Origin: a virus
Lineage: Duplodnaviria > Caudoviricetes
Virus record (IMG/VR): IMGVR_UViG_3300022309_000009
Location: 1-50,072 of that record
Reading direction: 5' to 3' (one strand)
DNA length: 50,072 bases
Shown here piece after piece: positions 35,773-44,200 of the stretch (within the stretch, counting starts at the first letter, position 1; each line of letters opens with the position of its first letter). The notes beneath the pieces are model-generated. The model was not told where the DNA came from and did not search any database. It worked only from the letters and a program-made list of their open reading frames with translations. The position numbers and the translations under genes were made by a program.

Positions 35773-36138
35773 GTGAGCGAGCTGTGGCCGCATGAGTTTC
35801 GCGCCACGGTGGAGGTCGTCTTCGGCAAAAGTCTCAACCGGACGTCGTTCGAGCTGGTCAATCGGCGCGTCGTACACGCCTTCGATGTTTGGCGGCGGCG
35901 CTATGAGATGAACCCGGCGCAGGATCAGTACGCCTGGGAGGTTCTTGCTTGGGCTGTCCGACATACAGGGGAGTCGGTAGCCCAAATGTCGGACGTGCGA
36001 AGTCCCTATGTCTACCTTCGTCGGGCCGTTTCAATCGGAATGGAGCGCGTCGTGAATGATCCTCGTGTCCATAACGGTTTTAAGCGCCGCGCGGGGCTGG
36101 TTGACGTCACGGAGCTGCTCAAAGGGGCGTTCGCCTAA
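35773..36138 (+). CDS. Hypothetical helical protein
   Basis: 121-aa ORF within the operon. Confidence 0.6.
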   Translation: MSELWPHEFRATVEVVFGKSLNRTSFELVNRRVVHAFDVWRRRYEMNPAQDQYAWEVLAWAVRHTGESVAQMSDVRSPYVYLRRAVSIGMERVVNDPRVHNGFKRRAGLVDVTELLKGAFA

Positions 36139-37023
36139 ATGGTTCCAGCCTGGTATTGGCCTTGGGTTCGGTGGTATCTCGGCGAGGGGGAGTTCAAGGG
36201 CGATCCGAGGAATCATAGTCGCCGCCCTCTCGGGGCGCCTATGCCCATTCCACAGTGGGCCTGGGTCAAGCTTCGCCGCTTCCTTGCTGCTCGCCAGCCT
36301 CGTCCAGTAGCGCCTGTGGATCGGGGCCTGGCCTTCTGGCGCAGGATGGGCATGTGGGTGACGCGCATTGACCACTTCCCTCCGCCGTATGCCGTTGCAT
36401 ACGGCAACGGTCAGTATCCCTATGTCGTCGTTCCCTGTCTCTACGGCCTGGTGAGGGAGTCGCACACCGAGGGGCTGGCTGAGTACGTCGAGGACTTGCA
36501 CCGCCTTGGCTTCAAGGTGGTTGGTTCTCAGTGGGGGAGGGGGGGCAACTTGGCGGAGGCGGAGCTAGAGGCTGCGGCTGCGGCTGCGGCTGTTTCTGAG
36601 TACGGCTTCGACGGCTGGGTAATGAATGGTGAGAAGAACTACGAGGGCATGTCTCGGTCGGCTGCGTATGTGCGAAAGTTCCGCGACCTTCACCCGTCTC
36701 TTCCGTTTGGTTGGTCGCCCGAAGCCCGTCTTGACCTAGACCATGCTGTTCTTCAGGAGTTGGGCGTCGCCTACATGCCGCAGGCGTACCCGCTTGAGGC
36801 TCCGGTGGCCACGCTTCCCTACTGCGTTGAGTGGGGCGTCAAGTTCGGCTATGAGCTGAGGAACATCATCCCGCTCGTCCAGGCGTATCCGACCAACGGT
36901 GAGCGTTATCCCGCTGAGCGGTATAGAGCGCAGGCTCGTGTTCTTGGCCTCACCGCGCTGATCCTTTACACGGCGAATCAGTCTGCCGATGTCCCTCAGT
37001 TCTGGCGCGAGCTGGTCGTGTGA
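36139..37023 (+). CDS. Putative second cell-wall hydrolase (TIM-barrel GH-like) with N-terminal Trp-rich domain
   Basis: GFDGWVMNGE...YMPQAY core; N-terminus resembles the endolysin C-terminus. Confidence 0.55.
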   Translation: MVPAWYWPWVRWYLGEGEFKGDPRNHSRRPLGAPMPIPQWAWVKLRRFLAARQPRPVAPVDRGLAFWRRMGMWVTRIDHFPPPYAVAYGNGQYPYVVVPCLYGLVRESHTEGLAEYVEDLHRLGFKVVGSQWGRGGNLAEAELEAAAAAAAVSEYGFDGWVMNGEKNYEGMSRSAAYVRKFRDLHPSLPFGWSPEARLDLDHAVLQELGVAYMPQAYPLEAPVATLPYCVEWGVKFGYELRNIIPLVQAYPTNGERYPAERYRAQARVLGLTALILYTANQSADVPQFWRELVV

Positions 37024-37370
37024 GCGGCTACGCTCCCTGGAAGGCGCTTGAGAGGCGCCATGCCAAGCGCATGGGCGGCAAGCGGCTCTGGCGTCCCGAC
37101 TTCTCTGAGAGCCAGCCGGATGGAGAGTCGGAAACGGACGTGTGGGATGCCAAGGCGTACGCTACCTTCCGCGTCCATACGATCTTCGCTGAGTGTGAGA
37201 AGAAGTACCGGGAGTTCGCTGCTGGACGGCGCTTCCATCTTGTCCTCTTCTCGCGGAAGCATCCTCGCCTTGGGGATCTGGTTGTGCTGAAGGCTGATGA
37301 CTACGCGGAGCTGGTTGCTGCTGCTGATGTGGGCAGGGGGCTGGTTGTGGCGTTCCAGGAGTGCGAGTGA
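37020..37370 (+). CDS. Holliday junction resolvase-like nuclease (Hjc-type)
   Basis: WKALER...PD...WDAK...LVVL pattern. Confidence 0.6.
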   Translation: MSGYAPWKALERRHAKRMGGKRLWRPDFSESQPDGESETDVWDAKAYATFRVHTIFAECEKKYREFAAGRRFHLVLFSRKHPRLGDLVVLKADDYAELVAAADVGRGLVVAFQECE

Positions 37371-37933
37371 AGGGCGTCGCTATCAGCGGGAAGGCCGGTG
37401 CGGGGAAGAACGCCTTTGCTTTGGAGATTCAGCGTGTGTTGGCAGTTCGAGGCGTGCGGGCTGTGCCAGTGTCCCTCGCCTCTGCTGTGAAGGCGGACGT
37501 AAGACGTCTATACGGCCTCGAAAAGGGCGACCCCGGCGCTAGGGAGAAGCTGATTGAGCATGGTCACGGAATGCGGGCCGTTTGCCCTGACTACTGGATT
37601 CGCCGTCTCGTCAAACAGACGGACTCGCTCACTCCCTATGGTTTGATTCCCTTGGTGACTGATGTGCGGTATGAAAATGAGATGAGATGGGCGCGGGCGT
37701 GTGGCTTTCTCTGTGTCCGCGTTGATGCCACGGCGATGGATCGTGGTTACGTTCTGCATCGGCGCGGGGAGGATGTCCAGTTCGCTCACTCCGATCATCC
37801 TACCGAGGTTGAGTTGGATGATTGGGCCTTTGATCTTCGTTTCTGGAATCCGCATGGGGACAGCGGTTCGGCTTTGGCTCATTATGCGGTGCGAGTGGCT
37901 GATCTCGTGATGGATCAGGAAACTCGGCTCTAA
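37367..37933 (+). CDS. Deoxynucleoside monophosphate kinase-like P-loop protein
   Basis: ISGKAGAGK, DYWIRR, TDVRYENE, HPTEVELD. Confidence 0.85.
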   Translation: MKGVAISGKAGAGKNAFALEIQRVLAVRGVRAVPVSLASAVKADVRRLYGLEKGDPGAREKLIEHGHGMRAVCPDYWIRRLVKQTDSLTPYGLIPLVTDVRYENEMRWARACGFLCVRVDATAMDRGYVLHRRGEDVQFAHSDHPTEVELDDWAFDLRFWNPHGDSGSALAHYAVRVADLVMDQETRL

Positions 37934-37943
37934 GCTTGACGCC

Positions 37944-37972
37944 AAAAAGGGGGAGAGCCGTGAGGCTCCCCT
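37944..37972. terminator. Terminator between convergent blocks
   Basis: AAAAAGGGGGAGAGCC-GTGA-GGCTCCCCT; T-run on the minus strand. Confidence 0.6.
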
Positions 37973-38094
37973 GATATTCTTAGCTCATGTTTTGGTATGC
38001 GCAGGTCGGTGTCGCGCTGCCGCTCTTCGTGGTGTTCTGGGTGGTCGTCGCTCGCTTCTTCGGCGGGGACGAGGGTCATCCCATGAGCGAAGAT

Positions 38095-38634
38095 TCAGCG
38101 GGCAGTTAGTTCGCGCTTCTTGGGGGTGCGGTGCTTCTTGGCCTTTGCCTTTGCTTTGGGTGCTGCGACTCGGTGTAGGGGGCGTCGATTCCTCTCATCG
38201 CGCCACGAGTCCATCCGTTTCCAGACGTCTGTGGCCTTTCTGGCCCGGCTGCTGTCTGGATTGCCGACAATGATAATGACGTCGGCGCGGGGTGAGATGA
38301 AGCGGTGCTGCGTTTTGCCGTTCTCGTCCTGGTAGATCAGGAAGTCTCCCTCAATGATGGTGCCGACCTGATGGTCGGTGGGGGAGAAGCTCGTCTCCTT
38401 GTGTTTGAACTCGGTGTGGAGGCGTGGGATCTCGACCGTGTGACCGATGGCCTCAAGGAGGCGCTGGACTTCTTTCTCCGCTCCTCGTCCGTTGCCCGTG
38501 ATGATGAGTGCGTCCGGGTACTTCGTGTGGAGGGCGTAGAGGAAGTCCTCCAGCTCCTCCGGCACGTAGTCTGTGCCGCCCACGATGGCTATTCTTTGTG
38601 GTACAGATGTGGGACTGGCAACCCCTGTGGTCAT
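38095..38634 (-). CDS. YspA-like SLOG family protein
   Basis: RIAIVGG...LIITGNGRGAE...DVIIIV Rossmannoid pattern; basic tail. Confidence 0.6.
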   Translation of the reverse strand: MTTGVASPTSVPQRIAIVGGTDYVPEELEDFLYALHTKYPDALIITGNGRGAEKEVQRLLEAIGHTVEIPRLHTEFKHKETSFSPTDHQVGTIIEGDFLIYQDENGKTQHRFISPRADVIIIVGNPDSSRARKATDVWKRMDSWRDERNRRPLHRVAAPKAKAKAKKHRTPKKRELTAR

Positions 38635-38676
38635 GTCGTTTCTGCCTACGCTCTCTGTAGTAAGTCCTGGAAGCTC

Positions 38677-38696
38677 AGGGTACACGCGGCGTAGGA
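38677..38696 (-). promoter_or_regulatory. Phage promoter motif copy
   Basis: Minus strand TCCTACG-CCGCG-TGTACCCT; related GCCTACG sites at 38644 and 38700. Confidence 0.55.
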
Positions 38697-38776
38697 TGGG
38701 CCTACGGGGAGTGTCTATCTTGGGGCGTGGCCAAGCGCTTTATCGCATGGATAAAGGGCTGGCCGCGACTTGTGGT

Positions 38777-39016
38777 TCAGATGTGGGACTTAGATTGACG
38801 CGAGAGGCGGTAGTACACGATCTCCCCCTCGCGGATGGTGTTGAGGTTTGGTATGCGGCTGTACTCGATCTTGCGTGCTGTGATGATCTCGTTTGGGTCG
38901 CGGTCGAAGTCGATGCCGACGTTCTCCATGACGTAGTAGAACGGGTATGCGTCTTCGAGGGCGATGTACTTGCCGTTCAGGGGGCCGTTGAGGAAGTACG
39001 CGGTGATAGCTGGCAT
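38777..39016 (-). CDS. Hypothetical protein
   Basis: GGAG RBS; FLNGPLNGK motif. Confidence 0.55.
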   Translation of the reverse strand: MPAITAYFLNGPLNGKYIALEDAYPFYYVMENVGIDFDRDPNEIITARKIEYSRIPNLNTIREGEIVYYRLSRQSKSHI

Positions 39017-39059
39017 TCTTAAGCTCCGATCTTGTCCAGGTCGGCGCGGAGACGTTCGG

Positions 39060-39296
39060 TCATGGTCGTTCGTTCTTTCGAGCCAGGCGTGGGACTGGTC
39101 GGAGCTGTGTTGTGCCTTCGGGGTCGTTACGAGTTCGCGTGGCGGCGATGTGCGCCGAAAAGAGGAGGAGATTTGCGATGTCCTTGTCCGAGAGTGGTAC
39201 TTCACGGATTCGCCCGCTGGGTGTCGAGAGCATGAGCTTGATCGGCTGCTTGAATCCTTGCTGTGTGATGATGTTTACGAATCTGAGGTCGGTCAT
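39060..39296 (-). CDS. Hypothetical protein
   Basis: CCCCGGAGGC RBS motif; ATGA overlap with dnaB. Confidence 0.55.
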   Translation of the reverse strand: MTDLRFVNIITQQGFKQPIKLMLSTPSGRIREVPLSDKDIANLLLFSAHIAATRTRNDPEGTTQLRPVPRLARKNERP

Positions 39297-40618
39297 GGCG
39301 TGCCTCCGGGGCCTGGTCGGGTTTCAATGAAGCGGGAGTACCGCTCGGTGAAGAGCATGGTCGCGGTGCCTCTGCGGCCTTTGCGGTTCTTCTCCACGAT
39401 GATGTCCATGGAGCCGTCTGCCGCGACGTCCGTGTCGTGATCTGATTCGCGGTGCAGGAAGATGACGACGTCGGCGTCTTGTTCGAGGCTGCCGGAGTCG
39501 CGAAGGTCGGAGAGCATTGGAGCCTTGTCCATCCTTCCGTCTTGCTTGCGGTTCATTTGTGCGAGGGCCAGCACCGGAACCTTGAGTGTTTGGGCGAGCA
39601 TTTTCAGGCTGCGACTCACGTCGGAGACTTGCTCGTACTTGTTGGCGCCGTCTCCTTTCATTAGACCGATGTAGTCCACGACGATGAGGCCCAGCCGCTC
39701 CTGCTCGTTGTGGCGTCGAGCCAGGGAAGCGAGGGTGCTGGGCGTGGCGAGGCCGTCGTCATGGACGAGGATGTTCGACCGCTCCTTGACGATTTCGATG
39801 GCTCCGCCGAGGCGTTGGGCTTCATCTGGTGTGAGCTGTCCGTCTTCAAGGCGAAACCCGTCGATGCGTCCGGCACGGGACAAGGCTCGGATCTGTAGTT
39901 CGTGGCGGCTCATTTCCAGGCTCACGAATAGAACTGGCCAGCCGGAGTCGGAGACGTTCTCGGCGATGTTCTGCGCGAGTGTGGTCTTGCCGACGCCCGT
40001 CCGAGCGGCAATCAGGACAAGTTGGGACGGCCAGAGTCCATTGATGATGTTGTCTAGGCTTTGGAAGCCGGTCGGTAGCCCGCTGTTGGGGATTCCGCTT
40101 GTGTAAGCCTGGCGGATGGAGTCGATCAGGTCGTCCAGTCCCTCTGTGAGTGCGACGGCTGAGCGAGTTGATGCGCCGTGCGTCGCTGCGTGCAGGGCGT
40201 TCTCAGCTCTTCGGATTAGCTCATCCATCTCGCCGGGCCGGTCGGTGGCAAGTTGCTGGATGGTCTGCCCGGCGAAGAGCAGCTCCCTGAGCGAGGACAT
40301 TTCGCTCACGATCCTTGCATGATGTCCTGCGTTAGAGACTGTTGGGACGAGGGCGGCGAGTTCGCAGAGACGTGAGTGACCCCCGGCCTTGTTGAGCTGC
40401 CCCATTTTGTCGAGCTGGTCGGCGACTGTGATGAGTGATGTTGGCTTGCCTTGTGTGTGCAAGGAGAGTGCGGCGTTGTAGATAGTGCCGTGTGAGTCGC
40501 GAAAGAACTTACGGGCGGAGAGTTCTTCCAGAAGCTCATTGGGAATGCGCTCGCCAAGGAGAATGGCTCCTAGCACGCTCTCTTCAGCTTCCAGGTTGTG
40601 CGGAGGGCTGTCGTTCAT
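39293..40618 (-). CDS. dnaB: Replicative DNA helicase
   Basis: PPHNLEAEESVLG, AARTGVGKT, SLEMS, VVDYIGLM, LSDLRDSGSLEQDAD, KNRKG. Confidence 0.96.
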   Translation of the reverse strand: MNDSPPHNLEAEESVLGAILLGERIPNELLEELSARKFFRDSHGTIYNAALSLHTQGKPTSLITVADQLDKMGQLNKAGGHSRLCELAALVPTVSNAGHHARIVSEMSSLRELLFAGQTIQQLATDRPGEMDELIRRAENALHAATHGASTRSAVALTEGLDDLIDSIRQAYTSGIPNSGLPTGFQSLDNIINGLWPSQLVLIAARTGVGKTTLAQNIAENVSDSGWPVLFVSLEMSRHELQIRALSRAGRIDGFRLEDGQLTPDEAQRLGGAIEIVKERSNILVHDDGLATPSTLASLARRHNEQERLGLIVVDYIGLMKGDGANKYEQVSDVSRSLKMLAQTLKVPVLALAQMNRKQDGRMDKAPMLSDLRDSGSLEQDADVVIFLHRESDHDTDVAADGSMDIIVEKNRKGRRGTATMLFTERYSRFIETRPGPGGTP

Positions 40619-41247
40619 CTCGGTGGCCTGAGACAGTCGAAGGGGGCTAGGTCTTGCAGTCGTGCCTGGTTGTGCGGGTATCTGAGGATCAGGGCTGAAA
40701 GACGGATGGTTTGGCGTGCGAGTCGGCGGACATGCATCTCGTCTAAGTCTTGATCTGCACGAACTCGGATTAGGTCTGCTGCCAGCGTCTTGTTGCCGGG
40801 AAGGGTGGGGATATCGGTGTCGCGGTCGAGGTCGAGGCCGAGAGCCATTGTGATGGCTCCGGCGTAAGGGGCAGATGTCACCATGACCCTTCCGTAACAG
40901 AGGTCGTAGATGCGTCGCTTGGCTGCGTTCGGTGAGCCACGAAGGATGAGTGCGACTTGATGGGCGAGCAGTTCTTTCCAGCCATGGCCGAGGCCATCGC
41001 AATCTGTTGCTTCGAGGTATTTCTGGTTTTTTTCCAGTAGCACTCGAAGCGGCTCGGATGGGACTACCCATTCTTTCCATCCGTACCACGGGTTTTTGGA
41101 TGTTGTCGAGTAGTTGGCTTGCTTCTGGGCTGCTGCGTATGCTTCGGCTTCTTCGTAGGTGTCGAAGCGGACTTGCTTGCCTCGGTAGCCGTATCGTCCG
41201 ACGTATCGGGTGGTTCCGTCCTTGAGGGTGACGGTGAGAACGCTCAT
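40615..41247 (-). CDS. Putative DNA-binding protein
   Basis: N-terminal beta/helix motif (FDTYEEAEAYA) and a central HTH-like segment; coupled to both helicase genes. Confidence 0.5.
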   Translation of the reverse strand: MSVLTVTLKDGTTRYVGRYGYRGKQVRFDTYEEAEAYAAAQKQANYSTTSKNPWYGWKEWVVPSEPLRVLLEKNQKYLEATDCDGLGHGWKELLAHQVALILRGSPNAAKRRIYDLCYGRVMVTSAPYAGAITMALGLDLDRDTDIPTLPGNKTLAADLIRVRADQDLDEMHVRRLARQTIRLSALILRYPHNQARLQDLAPFDCLRPPR

Positions 41248-44200
41248 GCTGCCACCCCCGTTCCTGCGATCTTGAGTTGGGTGAGGAGTGCCGTCTTGGC
41301 CTCGGCGAACTCCTCGTCGGTCAGGATTCCGAGCGAGTGAAGTTCGGCTGCCTGCTTGATCTGTCCCATGATGTCGAGGGAAGGAGCCGGAGTTGCTGGG
41401 GGCGAAGGTTCTGGCGGTTCTCCGAATGTAAGCTGGCCGTTCTCTTCAGCTCGGCTCGACTCGTCGCCAGTGTGGTCTTCTGAGATTTTGCTGTCATCTA
41501 CGACGATTCCGAGAGGCGGCGTTTCCGGGTCTACCGGGAGGTCAAGAGAGTTTGTGGCAGGTGCCACTATCTCTTCTTCTTCTTCCTCGACCACGAGTGG
41601 AGCTGTAGATCCTGCGAAGAAGACTTCGAGCGATTCGCAGATAGCCTTGTCTACGACTTCCTGGAGGAAGGTTTGCATGGCCTCGTTTTCGAGGGCGGCG
41701 ATTTCTGCCTCTTCGGCTGCGTATGCGGCCTCAGTGGCGAGTCGTGCCTCATAGGCCGCGTTGGCGGCGTCCCAGTCGATGATCCAGGGTTTCGCCTGGC
41801 TGTTTGCGAAGTCCTTGGGGATCTCGAATGCTTCGATGTCTGGGATTGCATCCCAGGCTTCTGCGACAGTGGATTCGATGATCTCGTTTCCGGTTGCGGG
41901 AAGTCCCTTCTCGACCATCTCTTTTACGATGGCCGCGATGTCCGGTGGATCTTCGTTCTGTTCGGGTATATGACCGTCGATGGCCATTCCCGCTCCCTTG
42001 GCTTTGTCGGAAATGACGTCCCATTTCCGACCGACGAGGGAGAGGTTCTGCTCGCCCGGAATCACGACGTAGACGTCCACCGGGTTAACCGATGTGAGCC
42101 TGTGGATGCGTTCGGTGAACTGGGCGTATGTTTCGTAGTCCCAGTCGAGGCCCAGAAGCACGACTGCTGTGCCTTTGTCGAGGTTGTGGCCCAGTCGGAT
42201 TGCTCTTTGCGTGGAGCAGAGGACGGCCATGGTTCCGTTCTGGAACTCCTCGACAACCTTGGATCGGTCGGCGGGGTCGAGGGTGTCGCCAGAGCCGTTG
42301 CCCTTGAGCATTGTTTTGGTGTTGATGCCCTTCTCGGTGAGGCGGGCGGCTAGCCAGGGCGTTGCCTTCTTGACGTCTGTGCCGACGAGGACGCGACGGC
42401 CCTGCTTGACGAGGGCCATGATTGTCGTCAGCGCCTTGAATGCTGCTGGCGTGTAGTTCGAGACTTGGACGTTTGTCCACTCGAAGTCGGGATCGGTCTT
42501 AGGAAGGACTGAGGCGTAGTTGAGCTTGTGGTCTAGGCCGAGGATTGCGGCCATGCTGCGATGGGTGCCTCGTCTGACCTTGGGGTCGTTCGGGTACTTC
42601 TCTGCGAAGAGGTCGGGGAAGTGTTGGAGCCAGTAGTCCATCTGCTCGCGCTGGTAGTAGCCCAGCGGGGCGTACAGGACGTGGTGTTTCTTCTGGACAA
42701 TCAGCTCGCCTGTTTCTTCCTTCACGCGGCGGAGCAGGACTGAGGCGAGTTGCGCCCATAGCTTTGTGTGGTTGGTGACTTCGCCGACTTCCTTGACGCT
42801 GCTCCAGTTGCCGGTCAGTTCGTTGTACGTCCACTCCATGACGGTGTATTCCTTGGCGAACTCCGCCTTGCCGCCTGAGTAGGCGTAGTTGAACCGCTCA
42901 CTTTTGTTGCCGATGCCCCACCAGAGAAGCCAGTACGCCTGGGCGATGAAGTTCTTAACTGGCGTGCCGGACATGACGAGCCGGTGGCTGGCCCTCATCC
43001 CGCAGACTGCCTTTGTCTTCTGGGAGGAGTCTTTTTCGTTCGAGTTACGGGCAGACGCGATCTGCGTTCCTTCGTCCACGATGATGACGCCGCGCTTGAA
43101 CGTCGTGGAGAGGATCTGACCGATGGTTGGGAGGCGGTAGGTGTAGCGTGTCCATCCGCATCGCTTCCCCTTGGGGTCGTTCGGGTGATGGAGGCGGATT
43201 TTGTTGCAGGTTAGTCCGCCGAAGAGGGGCGCACCGCATTCCGGGCATTCGTGGGCGGTAGTGATTTCCTTCTCTTTGGTCTGCCATTCGCCCTCGTGCC
43301 AGGTGCGACGGCCCGTCTCCTTGTCGGTGACGTAGTGGCTGTTGATCCAGACTTCGGTCTTCTCGATCCGAATGGTGTATGGCTCTTCGATTTTGCGGAG
43401 GTTCTTTGCTCCGCCTGTTGTGAGGGCCTCGAAGTGCGTGATGTACCAGCCGCCTGCGCCGTCCTTGATTTGCTTGGCGATCTGCCGGGCCTCGATGAGG
43501 TTCTGAATGGCTCCGCCCGTTACGCTGTGGCTGTCGTCGCCGACGTTGATCTCGATTTTGTCGTTGCCCTTGCGGTTGCCCTTGTGCCGACCGATCCAGG
43601 TCAGTTCGATGCCAAACTTCTCTTTGGCTTCGCGCTGCCACTGGGGAATCAAGTCCTGTGGGCAGATAATCAGGTTGGGCGTGCTTTCGGCCTTCTTCGT
43701 TTTCTCATCGGCAATGAGGGCGAAGAGGATGCCCCCGATGGTCTTTCCGAGGCCCTGCTGCCAGGCGCAGATTCCTCGGTTGTTGACCGAGAGAGCTGCG
43801 ATGTCCTTGGCCTGGTATGCCTTGAGTTGGAACCCGCGCGGTGCGAGGTATTTCTCTTGGACTGCCTTGACATGATCGTCTTGATCGGCGATCAGTTCTG
43901 GGTAGCGCGTGCGGATGTCGGCGACGTCCGGGAGATCGAAGTACTTGAGGAGGTACTTGATGTTCTCTGCGTCGTCGTCGTAGAATGAGTGACGTCCGTT
44001 AATGATGATTCGCTGGTGGTAATAGCGCCTCTTCTTGCGGACGAGTTCGAGGTTGCCCCTGATGTTGTCGGTCTTGGTGAAGTGCTTGAGGTACTCCTGC
44101 TGTCGTAGCTCGACGCTGTACCACTTGCCAGCCTTCAGCTCTTTCTCGTCGTCGTCACGGACGCATTTGATCTTCGATTGCTGGTGAAGGTAGCCGAGTC

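Noticed and set aside
40619-41089. N-terminal extension of DnaB in the ORF track
   Set aside because: Overlaps ORF 40615-41247 in another frame; the canonical DnaB N-terminus starts at ATG 40618
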